Source of the DNA: Adineta vaga | Lineage: Eukaryota > Animalia > Rotifera | Assembly: GCA_021613535.1 (NCBI GenBank) | Contig: CP075494.1 | Location: 3,906,001-3,970,000 of the forward strand | Reading direction: 5' to 3' | DNA: 64,000 bases | Part shown: piece by piece, positions 27,035 to 39,104 of the stretch | Position numbering within the stretch: position 1 is the first letter of the stretch | Layout: the number at the start of each line of letters is the position of its first letter | Notes under the pieces: model-generated | What the model was told of the DNA's origin: nothing | Seen by the model: only the letters and a program-made list of their open reading frames with translations | Database searches by the model: none | Translations under genes and position numbers: made by a program

Positions 27035-27989
27035 TTAAGATAAAATTAATCGACGTACAGTAGGTAATGTATTTATACGCCGTACTATATTCAAAATCGA
27101 CCATAAACCATTTTGATCATCGATAAGACAAGAATGAGTTAAATATTCATATGGCATATAAAAGTAACCTCGATATCCCTAAAATATATGTTTTATTTAA
27201 TAAATGATGGATGAAAAAAAAACAAGACGTTTTTATTTTCTCTTACCCAACGATCACTCCATGAATTTCTACAAATAAAATATTGTCTTTTTCTATCATA
27301 TCCAACAATCATAATGCCATGTAAACCAGTTCTACCAATTAATGCATTGTCTAGGTCAGGAACTTCTAAATAACCACCATTACGTTGAATAGACTGTTCT
27401 GCACTTCGAATTATTCTAACACCAATAAGGACTGGCAATTGATTATGTAAACATGTTTCAATAGAATTAATATCGAGTGTCATATGAAGTGGAATAACAG
27501 TATAACGACTTGCTCGTTCATATGCTAGATCTGATGGCATTTTGTTAAGTAAATGTTTTTCATATGGCCAATATTTTTCCTCACAAACACCATATTTTCT
27601 TAAACTTAAAGTAATGTTTCTTGGATTAACTCCTATATCCTCAACTCCAAATGTACGTTGTTCAATTATTTGAGCATTATAATGAATAAATAAACGAGAT
27701 ACTTCAATATGACGACTCATCGATCGTTTGAATAAATAATTACAAAGAGCTGCAAATGCATGGGCACCACTAGAAAATCGAATAAATAATTATTACTAGT
27801 AGAATGAAGTCAATAAATATATACCAAGTGTTCATATCACCTTGCTCATTAATTGGTGACATCCATTGACGCAAATCTACAGTTTACCAAATGTTGTTTC
27901 GGAAGAGCTAATGGTCGCATGAGACGACTAACTACTCTTTTGGGTTCAGTTGAATGATCATTTTGAAATAGATTATTGTGAGAAAGCAT
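27035..27989 (-). CDS. Papain-family (C1A) cysteine protease, bacterial/xylellain-like type; apparent frameshift near 27885
   Basis: VDLRQW..INEQGDMNTC|GAHA (catalytic Cys across an intron), SRLFIHYNA, GLHGIMIVGYD, ICRNSW and GYRGYFYMPYEYL. No signal peptide or I29 prodomain is evident. Confidence 0.85.
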
Positions 27990-30251
27990 TTTACCTTCTA
28001 CCAAACACAAGATTTATTTCAAACGGAAATGGAGCATTTGAATAAAAAAATATTTCTATTATGCATAGTTTATATATAGTATAAACAGTGCTGACATTTA
28101 TGTCCAATTTCCGTTTCAATTATTCATTTTTACAAGAGTCGATAGATTTTCCAACTTGTTTGTATGCAAATTACTTAAAAAAAGGTAAGAGAAAAATTCA
28201 AATGAGGTGTGACAGTGTGATATTTTCAATTATATCACTTATCAGCGTATAACAAGTCATTTTCACATACACCTGATTTTTTCCAAGTTATAAGAATGAA
28301 ATATTTATTTATTTATTTATTTGAGAATGGTTGTGAATGTATTTTAAATCACAGCAAAAATTGAAAAAGATGTCTAACTTTAGAAATGAATATAGTTGAT
28401 TACGAAGTAGGATGAATGTAATGTTTCCAAATATATTATCTTTAACTTGTTCATATCAGCCGTTGTTAGAGCAAAAGAGTGCTGTTTATAAAATAAACAA
28501 AGAAAATATTTGTGACAATCTAGAACGATCATACCATACTCATTTTGCACTTTGATATTTGTCCTCTTATTGAACAGATCTTCACCCACGTAGTTCTCTT
28601 TCTCTTTTAATACTTCGATATTATCCTTAGGATTTAGAATACACTTGCTCTTTGCTCAAATGTTCTTGTTTCGGTGATAAGGACATTTTTCTGTCAGGTG
28701 TGATATTTTTTCTGTAACGTGATACTGAACATTTTGAGTGCTATGTATAGGACGAGGAATGTGCAGTAAATGATATCTTTTCTGGGTTGAAATGAAGTTA
28801 TATTCACCATCATCTTCCATCTTACGGATCCTAGTCCAGAAATCGTCACATTTGGCGACTCTGTCTATTCGATCTTCTTCTTCTGAACATGAAGTCAACT
28901 ATCACCTGCCTTACCCTGATCCTTAACCTCAATTATACATCGCCTCTTGTCTCAACATCATGAAGAAAAGCAATGATAAGAACCCTGTTCAAATTGTCAT
29001 GCAGTTTGTGATAATGGAAGGACAATAATACTTCTGATTGTGGGCAGTAGTATTGTAGATTGTCAGCGAACGTACTAAAGGGTGGCTATCTGTGGGTCGG
29101 CGGTGCGTAGTCCCAACGCATTTACCTCATAACATCTGTACGAACAACTCTGTTGGGTGGCAACTTACTCGGTTGCTCGACATTTCCTTCACTGTACTCA
29201 TTGTCTATTTCATTTAATTCAACATCATCAATACATCATTTGTTATAATCTTACAATTCACGGCAACTTTCAAATGTATGGACGCTGCTGTGATCTTTTT
29301 GCGACTTTTCGCCTCCTTAATGAACTGAGTGTAAGCAAATTCATTTATGAGTAAACGTAATAGAAATGTTTCCCTTCTGCTGTTCGGTGCCGGAGTGTGA
29401 CGAATCAGTGAAAAACGTCACCTACTTATATTTGTCCTTATTCTGTATTCTATCCTTATAATTCTTTTCTCTTTCGGAAGGGTATATAAGTGATTGTTTT
29501 GTCTGAGAACGATGCGATTTGTGATATGAAGAAATAAAGAAAAGCGTAGCTCCATCAGCGCTAGAGCCTCTTCTATCAAAAACCGTCACATTTTTGTTTC
29601 CAGAAGTAGGGATGCGTAGTTTCAGTTTACTGAATACTGGGAGCACCGTCGGTTGATCACTGAAACAGCGCATTCCTATCTGGAAGTGATATCCTTACAC
29701 TTGTAGAATATAACTAAAAACATCTAAGTACAATTTTTCGTATAATTTTTTTTAGATTCGCAGCTCTTTCTATTCGGCTGATACGTGCGTACAATAATCA
29801 AGTTTTATTTCTCTATATATTGCAACAAGAGAAGGTTCCCAGGATTTCTAGATAAACCCTACAGCAATGCAAAACATCGTACTACTCTAAAATAAATATC
29901 GAAGTTGAATAGTGCTGTGGGTAATATTATTATCTGAAGCGTCCAAGTTTATTCTTCGTGTTTGTTACTGTATTTCGTTGATAAACTCATTCTACTTTGT
30001 ACCATTCGAAAGTTTATATTAATTTTCTAGATTATATCATCTATGACTCATGAGCGTTTATGGTCAGTCATTATTTGTTGTAATCGAAATAGTTCAATTA
30101 CTTTTTTTTATTGTGTATAAACATATTGAGATCGATTCTAAAATGGTATTTTCTTTGAGAATTGTTGCTGGTATTAATATAAAAAATGAAAACTAGAGAG
30201 TTTTATTTCGTGTTTATGTTTTGACTAATGAGATTTTTAAGCGCCAAATGA

Positions 30252-31772
30252 TTATTTTTTAGTCTGTGGTATGACTAAAGTTGGTAATGGTTTGATATCA
30301 GGTAAGATCATTTCTTGTCTAGCAGTTGGATTGTTTAGTATTGTTTGTTTTTTATAATAATCAAGGTAAAGATCTTCTTTTAATAATTGTGGATTAAGAC
30401 GAAGGAATTCTTCGAAATTGATCTCTTTGGGAGTTTGTGCAATTGCTAAATCTATCATTTGAATCCAGAAATAGATCATTGTAAAATGAAATGCTGGTTT
30501 GGATGATATTTGAGTATTTTCTAAGAAGTTTTTAATCCCATCGAACATTTTCTTCACCCCTGTTCGACGACCATCACGTGTCAAATAAAGCCATGTTATT
30601 CGAACATGAGTCTTATGTGACCAACTTGTCAATATACACGACTCAAATTGTTTCAGAAATTCATCATCATCATTATCTATTTCATCACCAGGTTGTTTAT
30701 CTGTTCGACTAATCGCTTTTGAAACAGGATTGTATGCTGTAGGTAAAATACTTGGTAACTGTTTCACATCCGCTAAAACAACAGAGATTTTTGCTTGAGA
30801 ACTAAATAATGTTTCTTTTTTGTAATATACCAATGGAAGTTCTGTTTCATTCAGTATTTGAGGATTCATCAATAAGAAACCAGGAAAATCATTTGTTGGA
30901 TTCTTAGTTGCTTCACGTGCATAATGAACAATTTGAATCCAGAAATAAGTCAATGTTTCATTCATATCATTGATATAAGTAGGAAGATGATCAAATACCG
31001 CTTTGATCATTTCTTTTCGATTATGTAGTTGTAAATAACTCCAGATTGTTCTTAATAATGATCGATGATCAAATTGTTCGGCAAGTAATTGATGTTTTTG
31101 AAGTTTCCCTATAAATTCTTCATCTGTATCGTCATCTTCTTGGGATAACCATTGTAAGGACTTATTTGTTTCACGATAATTATTAGCTATTTTCGTTGTC
31201 GTAACATCTGATGGCGTCTTGATATAACTCGATGGTGATCGAATCGCACGTAACATCCAATCTAAACCTTCGTATAGACCATCACCTCTAGTAGCTGAAC
31301 AAGGTTGTAAATACCATGGTCTATTTCGAATATCATTCAATCGCATTTGTTCGATGAGATCTTCTCGAAGTAAGCTATGTTCTAAATCAATTTTATTCAT
31401 GTAAATCAATAGAGGTATTTCACGAAGTTCATCTTCATCAAATAAACGCCATAGAGCATCAGTTGCTTCAGGTAATCGTTCTCTATCATTTGCATCAACA
31501 ATAAATATAAGTGCTTGTGTATTTTGAAAATAATGTCTCATTAGAGAACGAATTCGATCACGTCCTCCTATATCCCAAAATGTTAATGATGCTGATTTGT
31601 ATGTTACCGATTCGACATTAAAACCAATTGTAGGAATTGTTGAGACTACTTCACCTAATTTCAACCTGTAAAGAATTGTTGTTTTTCCCGATGCATCAAG
31701 TCCAAAAATTAGCGCTCGATATTCATATTTACCAAAGATTTTATTCAACATTGAACTTACATACGACGACAT
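30252..31772 (-). CDS. Arf-family small GTPase fused to two copies of an uncharacterised helical domain
   Basis: Motifs [29 protein letters not shown] and CSATRGDGL. The two repeats share H...R..W.YL ... T..YFWIQ ... FL..NPQ ... D.K.LP. Likely ATG at 31772. Confidence 0.9.
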   Translation of the reverse strand: MSSYVSSMLNKIFGKYEYRALIFGLDASGKTTILYRLKLGEVVSTIPTIGFNVESVTYKSASLTFWDIGGRDRIRSLMRHYFQNTQALIFIVDANDRERLPEATDALWRLFDEDELREIPLLIYMNKIDLEHSLLREDLIEQMRLNDIRNRPWYLQPCSATRGDGLYEGLDWMLRAIRSPSSYIKTPSDVTTTKIANNYRETNKSLQWLSQEDDDTDEEFIGKLQKHQLLAEQFDHRSLLRTIWSYLQLHNRKEMIKAVFDHLPTYINDMNETLTYFWIQIVHYAREATKNPTNDFPGFLLMNPQILNETELPLVYYKKETLFSSQAKISVVLADVKQLPSILPTAYNPVSKAISRTDKQPGDEIDNDDDEFLKQFESCILTSWSHKTHVRITWLYLTRDGRRTGVKKMFDGIKNFLENTQISSKPAFHFTMIYFWIQMIDLAIAQTPKEINFEEFLRLNPQLLKEDLYLDYYKKQTILNNPTARQEMILPDIKPLPTLVIPQTKK

Positions 31773-32348
31773 GTTTCTTTCTTTTCTGTTGTTGTTGTTG
31801 TTTTGAAACACATCTCCTATATACCTTTTTTTTTCATTCTGTTTTATGACACGTTGACAAAATGACTGTTCGTAAACATCCAATCATGTTACTTGATGAC
31901 TCAAAATCTATTCTATTTTTTCCTAACTACCATGACTTTCACCTTCACGAAATTGTAATTTCCTGAATCCATCACTAATTAAGTTCACATGTGTAGACAA
32001 CTTAACAACTACGTATATTCAAGTGATCAGAATATAAAAAGAATAACTATTTTGTTGAGAAGTGTGATGACTAGTACATTTCTTCACACATTTTTCTAAT
32101 AATAATGGTGAATGTGATAAGAGTTTGTTATTAAAAGAAGAATTCTATAAGATACATTTTTGGAACGATCATCATATACTTTATTTGTCACAGAACACAT
32201 AGATATCACTAACAACATTATCTTTGTTGAATGAGTCAGTTTGAATATGTCGATCTATATCAAGATAAAGTTGCCATGAAAGGATACTATAAAAACAACA
32301 TGTTATATTTATTTTGTTTCAGTTCTTACTGAAGAATATTTCTCCATA

Positions 32349-33225
32349 ATGAATATTTTATGCATAATTTTGTCTATAACTGTATTACATCTCGGTAAAA
32401 AAACATATTGGAATCTTCAGAAATAAGATAAATTGTATATTATAATTAATTTTAGGTGTATGCGAATGTAATAATATAACATCACTTATTTCAACTAGAG
32501 ATGGTGTCGGTGTTTGTTATTCCTGTACGAATTGTCCACAACCATTTAGTCCAGATCCATCGTATGTTACGCAAGTATATTCACCCACAGGCTGGTGTGC
32601 TGTAAGTTAAACTATAAATATGATTACAAAGAAAAATAGAGATTTTTTTCTATATAAATTATATCTAAAGAAACAATTGATTTAGATGTGGAGTCAAACA
32701 GACACAATTAATGCTATTTATACTCGAAATGCTGCTTCAGATGGAATGTGTTATACAAAAGGATGTTCTTGGCAAATATTAAATGGTTATAGAACATGGA
32801 TTTGTTGTTGTAATGGTAATCTATGCAATTGGGATCCTCCAAAAACTGTCTGTTATGATTGTCTTGGTTGTCCAAAACCATTCGATCCCAATGGTTCAGG
32901 AGTTTCAAAATCTGATTCAAGAACAGGGTGGTGTTATGTAAGTTGACGTATTATTGATAATTTTTTATTCGAATTTAATGTAAACAACCTAATCTATTTG
33001 TAGCGTAGAAGTAGTACAGATACATATGATGGATCTGCTGATCGGGGAGTTGCTCTACCAGGCCTTTGTATGTGGAATGAATGTTCATGGAAAATAATAA
33101 ACAGGAATAAACTTTGGGTTTGTTGTTGTAATGGAGATAAATGTAATACGGCTACTTCACTATCAAAATCTGTCATTAATGTATTGAGTGTTGCAATAAT
33201 TACTATCTTTATGTTTCGTAATTAA
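32349..33225 (+). CDS. Ly6/uPAR (three-finger) protein with two LU domains, probably GPI-anchored
   Basis: Signal peptide, two repeats CY.C..CP.PF.P...GWC...C...CSW.I.NG...W.CCCNG..CN, and a hydrophobic C-tail; four exons. Confidence 0.85.
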
Positions 33226-33400
33226 GAAACAACAATGTCTTGAGCTACTTTTGTATTCTGAACGTTAATAAAATAAATAATGGCATGCTATTGCACTATG
33301 ATTGTGTAATGTTCTTTCATAACTTTAAAGAAATGACTATTCTTCGATATATAATATGCATTTGACTGCGTTGCAACTGAATCATTCAGTTGATTTTTCA

Positions 33401-33831
33401 ATGGAACGAATAAAACGATTAGGAAGTGACATCGTGTACAAAAATGTGTTAGTACTTTTGAAGATTTTTCAAATGAAGTTATCTATGAAATATTTGAATT
33501 TCTCAATTTTCATGATGCATTTGAAAGTTTTTATGATCTTAATCAACGATTTCAAAATCTTTTTATTCATTTTAATCTTTCAATTAAAATCAATATTTCA
33601 CGTATATCAAAATTCGCGTTTCAACGTTATATGAAACATATTGTTATACCACATGCTAATCGAGTCCAAACATTTCGATTATCTAATCCATTCGCTACTG
33701 ATATCTGGCTACTGCTAGAGCCTATACTACCGAGTTTATCTCAACTTCAAACAGTTTGTTTAGATCATATTGAATCGGTTACTCGAATACGTCTTTGCCT
33801 TGCTAAACAAATGAAAATACAAAAATATTGA
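33401..33831 (+). pseudogene. Truncated, frameshifted F-box/LRR gene
   Basis: STFEDFSNEVIYEIFEFLNFHDAFESFYDLNQRF is out of frame with ATG 33401, and the reading frame ends after about one LRR. Confidence 0.7.
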
Positions 33832-34498
33832 TTTTTATACTTATCATTTCTGATCACTGATATTCTTCCAAAATCTCATTTCTCTTTCTAAAAGATAATA
33901 TGAAAAGATCGTTTACTACTTTGAAAGAAAATTCCACAGAAAAGAAAGAAAAGAAAAACACATATATATGTATATGTGTACAAGACAGCGTCATAAACTA
34001 ACAACCGTTGACGCTATCAATTGGCCATGGGAAAAATCACCCTGCTCTTTTTCTTCTTTTTCTGACCAGAATAGAAAATTTAACGAGCACAAAAATGACA
34101 GTTTTCTACATACAGGGAAAAAGCTCTTTAGATTAAACACAGCGGGAAGTTTCCCATTCATATGAATCATGCAGTGCGGGCGTTTATTTATTTCATTTTC
34201 TCGATGACATGTTCTGAAAAAAAAACACAAGTAATATGGAATACTCTAATAAAACTGGGAAAACTCTTCAGATTAGAGATAGAAAGAGCAAGAATTTTCT
34301 CATCCCAAAAAAGGCATGAAGCAGCTATTTATCTGTTCCACCAGCGCTATCAGGGCTCCGCGTGGGATGGGATCAAAGAACCAATTCTTCTGTTCCAGGG
34401 ATTTTTCTAGCCGGAATACCACACAGATTCCAATATATAGACGTTTAATTATTCTTTGTATTTCTAACTACTTTATAGTTTTCTGGATTCTTGGTTAA

Positions 34499-35366
34499 CC
34501 CTTTGAGACCGGTTGGCCCCTTGAGAGGCCATAGTGATTCTTTGGTATTTCAAAACACACAGATTCCTATATGAGATTAGTTCTTGTTAAAGCATTTATC
34601 AGAAAGTTTTTGGTATAATTTGGGTTGTAATTAGGTTATTTCATTCAGATATCTAGTGATGTATAATAAATATAACAAAACTGCCTTTCAGAGGAAAAAC
34701 TCTATAAGCTAGAATTCTTGTCAGCGACGTTGCTCCCTATATAGGAACATGCTAGATGATGTTCTGTATGTGTATTCTTTTTACTTTTTTCTTTTTTCCT
34801 TTTCTTTCTACTGTCGTGGTATGACGTCATAGATATGCAGATTAGCTTCTCAGAATGCGTAAGGAAAACTATAAAATGATATAAAAAGTTTTTCTTCCAT
34901 CTGCTCGATGTGACCTTGTACAATGCCTTCATTTTATACAAATTGAAGAGCGGAAAAACAATGCACTTGTCAGATTTTCGATTGGAAGTGATTCGATCTA
35001 TTATAGAATCTGTTGGAAGTCAAAAAAACGATAAAAAGAGGAAGACCACCTTTAGAAAATCCAATGAGACTCACTGCTCGACACTTTCCTTCACTCATTC
35101 AAGATTATTCAACTGAACATACATCTGAAAGAAGAAGGAGAAGAAAGTGCCATGTGTGTTATAATACAACAACAGCTCCAAAGAAAGAAACTAAAACAAC
35201 TTATGAGTGTATTGAATGTAATGTTGGTCTATGTGTGGTACCTTGTTTTGAGCTATATCATACTTTGAAAAATTTCTGAACACACGTTTTCACAAAGTTC
35301 TTTTAAAAAATAGAAATGTTGATTGACTTATGATGAAAAACAGAAAAAAAACCCGGCCTCAAAGGG
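34499..35366 (+). mobile_element. Internally deleted (non-autonomous) piggyBac element
   Basis: TTAA at 34495-34498 and 35367-35370. Terminal inverted repeats CCCTTTGAGACCGG / CCGGCCTCAAAGGG match at 13/14. Transposase C-terminal remnant RKTIK*YKKFFFHLLDVTLYNAFILY and Cys-rich domain CHVC...YECIECNVGLCVVPCFELYH. Confidence 0.95.
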
Positions 35367-36221
35367 TTAAGGCGATTTATTGTACGAACCACAGTAGATC
35401 GGCTTATTGTTTTTTAGTCGATTAGTTGATATAGTATATTATTCTTCTTCTCCATCTATTAGTCAACAGTTTAGTCAGGCAATTATTCTCCGTAACTAGC
35501 ATCATTTAGAGATAAGAAATGGTTTACCGAATTCGTCAGAATATGACGAATGCACAATTAAAATCATTTTTCGAAATTCAAGTCTATGTGAGAATGACAG
35601 TAAGATCAAAAGATAATAATTAACAGCTGAAAGTTTTTTTATACACTCATGTATGACTCAGTGTCAAAAGATCACCGATATGTGCACTGTTATATGAAGA
35701 TGTATTTTAATTATTGCATTGTTTAATATAAATTTATTCGTGGGACAGTCTCGATTAGTAAGAGACACTTTCAAATAGCTTGTTGGACACACAATAAATA
35801 GTTATCTTGGGAACGTGAATATGCTATGGTTAATTAACACCCATACCCTCAAGATGCGTCACATTTAAGTTTAGTAATGAAGTTCAATGTCCCGAAACAT
35901 TTGTTATCACAAACAGCACATAATTATCTGCCATGCTGTTAAATTTTAGTTTTAATTCCTTGCAGTTTTCTGTCAACAACAGTTTATATATTGAAGGTAA
36001 AATGAGAATCTTTTGAGACTTGCTCTATTTAAAATAAAATGCAGAAAACTAAGTATTATAACGTCGTTTAAATGACATTGTTTTCTGCACGCGTATATAA
36101 TTCAACAAATTATTTTATTCGCAGAGATTAAACTTTATATCGATTTATTAATTTTCATATAATGTACGTAAAGTGTATATCAGGTAGGAAAAGAAAAGAA
36201 GATGGATATTTGAATAGATTA

Positions 36222-37378
36222 TTATTTTTCAACTAAAGTACCTAGCGGAGATTTATGTGTTGGTATTTTGCTTCCAAAGTGTCTCTGATGAGTGTCCATT
36301 GTGATATGAGGCGCTATTTGGTTGTTGATATGATGTCTATAATAAAAATATTTGCCAAATATTGATTGTGTTTTAAAAATATTAAAATAAACTTCTGAGC
36401 GATAAATAAAGAGTAAAAATGTAATTGATTGAGGTATATAAAGAATTAAATTAGCTGATGTATTTAATCGTAAAAGCCATTTCAAAGAAATATCAACACA
36501 TGAAAATTTCAATGATAAAATCAATTGAGGCAATGTACATAACTGATAAAAAAGAAAGAAAAATATAGATGTATGAATCAGAATAAATTCAAACTTACCA
36601 TTGCAATTAATGGTGCAAAAAAAAGATGATAATGTGTTTGAAATTGCTTCATCCATTGTTTATAATAGGTTGTATGATGAAGAATAGCTTTTCGATGACT
36701 AATTGATGCTATTATTAAACACGTTGATATAATATGTAAAGAAAATGGAATAAATAAATGAATAAAAGTAAATATTTGATTTAATATTAATAAATCTGAT
36801 GGATATTTGATTTGACATACAAATTTTCCTGGTGCAACAGGATCTGGTAATGTAACACGACAAACTAATTCATGAATATGCATTAAAATGACAATAAGAA
36901 TTGTAAATATTATCTGTTTTATTGCATTGGATTTCGTACGAATTCGATGTAAATAATGATTTAATTCAAATGATTGAAGTGATCGATGAAAACCAATTAA
37001 ACCATTTAACCATAAACATATTCGAGTAAATATTGATGCTAAACCAGATATTAAATTACAAATAAAAAAAAATGGTATATAACTAAGAGAATCAATTAAT
37101 TGAAATAAACGACATTCAAGCATTAAAATACCAAATAATGATGCACAACTGTAAATTAATAAATATATTCCAACTGTAGTTGATCTTATTGCTGTTTGTC
37201 GAAATGTATCAATTGATATTATATTTGATATAATACTCAATGTAAACATTATTGTAACAGAAAATGCATAAGCAAATGTCATTAAATCTTGTTGATTAAC
37301 TTCACTTGTACGAATATCTGTTTTCATACTTGATGCTAAACCAAGTAGAAATATATTAACTGAATTATTACAAGTCAT
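36222..37378 (-). CDS. Rhodopsin-like GPCR, two exons
   Basis: Seven hydrophobic segments, SNIIS, WLNGLIGFHRS and IHLFIPF; intron ~36545-36596. Confidence 0.8.
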
Positions 37379-38350
37379 TTTTAATCAAGTCAAACCGAAT
37401 ATGTAAAAGAACAAAATCTGAAAATTGTTTTTTGTATTTATATATTATAGAAAGAAGAATGTACTTGAAAATTGTCGTGAACAGAATAAGGTTATTTATT
37501 ATTACGCAGAAGAAAAATATCAAGTTCACATTTTAATTAATGTAAAGAATATGAATCTTATTGACGTCATAATATCTTAAGAATTATTATTTTATTACTA
37601 GTTTTCTATTAATCTTGGAATTTTTGATAATCATCATTTGTTTTGATTGAACAACAATTGAATAAAAATATATCCATATAAATAATTTATGTTCGATTCT
37701 ATATATAACGAAATTAAGAATTTCGTTGTGAAGTTTATTATGTTATGTAAACTGATTGATAGAACATAATTCAGATATACCACGGAAAACCTCAATAATT
37801 AAACGAATATTTACGTGAAATACACATTTGAATGTTCTTAGTTTTCATTATTTTCTCTTACATCTCGACACAAATAAATAGAAATTTAGTATTTTACAAA
37901 AATGGTGTAAAACTTTTTCAATATCAATTATATATTTTAATAATTCATAATGACACACTGTCAATTTGGATTATATTTCTATCTTATACTATTGCGGTAA
38001 AAGTAGAAAGAAGAGGGTGTAGGTGTGGTGTGGGCACGGGTGAGGATGAAGATGAAAGTGTAATAACTCTTCCCTCTCACCCAAACATCTGTTTGTGGAT
38101 TGGTAGTATTTAAAAGAAAAACATAAGTTTATTCTGTTAATGACGTCATATTTAAAAAATCATCCAGTTCTTTCATAATGTATTCTTTATTTACTGAAGG
38201 AAAAAAACGCAGGATTAATATAACATATCATTTGGATTAAACATAAGAAAGGAGGTTTCTTTTGAAATACAAATCTTAAGTAAATAAGCACGAAAAAATG
38301 AACGCGGATCATATAGTTTTTAAAATTGATTTTTTTTTCGTTGTTTCCGT

Positions 38351-38617
38351 TTATTTCTGTTGTTTCTTTTCCTTTTCGTTCGGTTGTTTCGGCTTTCCAT
38401 ATTCATAATGACTGCCATCTGGATATTTTTCTCCATCTTTGTTAGCTGGATGATAATGGTTTTTTTGTCCTACTCCATGAGCAGTGTGATGAACAGGCGA
38501 TCGTCCACGACTATGACTTCGAGCTCGTTCTCTGGCTTCTGCTTTGCTATTACATTGTACGAAATGTTGATGTGGCTTGTCACTACCACCTATCTTTCGA
38601 GGAACATGATCGCTCAT
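38351..38617 (-). CDS. Small basic His-rich protein, possible HNH-EHHH-like toxin nuclease fold
   Basis: Clean 88-aa ORF with PVHHTAH...HYHP...HYEY and an AG acceptor-like site in the 5' UTR. Confidence 0.6.
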   Translation of the reverse strand: MSDHVPRKIGGSDKPHQHFVQCNSKAEARERARSHSRGRSPVHHTAHGVGQKNHYHPANKDGEKYPDGSHYEYGKPKQPNEKEKKQQK

Positions 38618-39104
38618 TTTTAAAAGAACTTGTTCAAACAGATAAGCTTTCTATCTGAAATAAATAGAGAAAGTCAGTAAGATCAAAAACTTATCTTACT
38701 CAAAAATGCCTCAGAGACTGCTTATTGTGAATAGTTTCTTCTGAGAGAGGTTTCAGACGAAATCAAATTAAAGCTTTGCGTGATTACTTGTCTCGTCATT
38801 GATGTAAATGCTCGTTTTTTGTATGACCTATAATACATTGCCAAATAGCTGTTATAAAAGCAATACGAATAGAGAGAACGAACAAAATATACACACGTCT
38901 ATAACGGTGCATATTTATGTATATAAGATAAAATGAAAGGAATAAACCAACATATATGAAAAAACAGGAAAAAACCATATCTAGGGTGGGTGTGGGTTCG
39001 AAGAGAATGCCAATGTAGACATCGACAACACGTATTTTGTTTAAGTACAACAAAAAAAATCATCACATTTTCGTAGATGAAAAAAAATGTTGTTTTATTG
39101 TTTA

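Noticed and set aside
28380-29700. Slightly GC-richer region with short ORFs, possible TE remnant
   Set aside because: No TIR, TSD or transposase motif identified.
31773-31883. N-terminal extension of the Arf ORF from the TTG start
   Set aside because: Non-ATG start and low-complexity sequence; ATG 31772 matches the normal Arf N-terminal length.
33968-34498. Short ORFs and GC patches left of the piggyBac
   Set aside because: No termini or protein motifs; possibly TE debris but unsupported.
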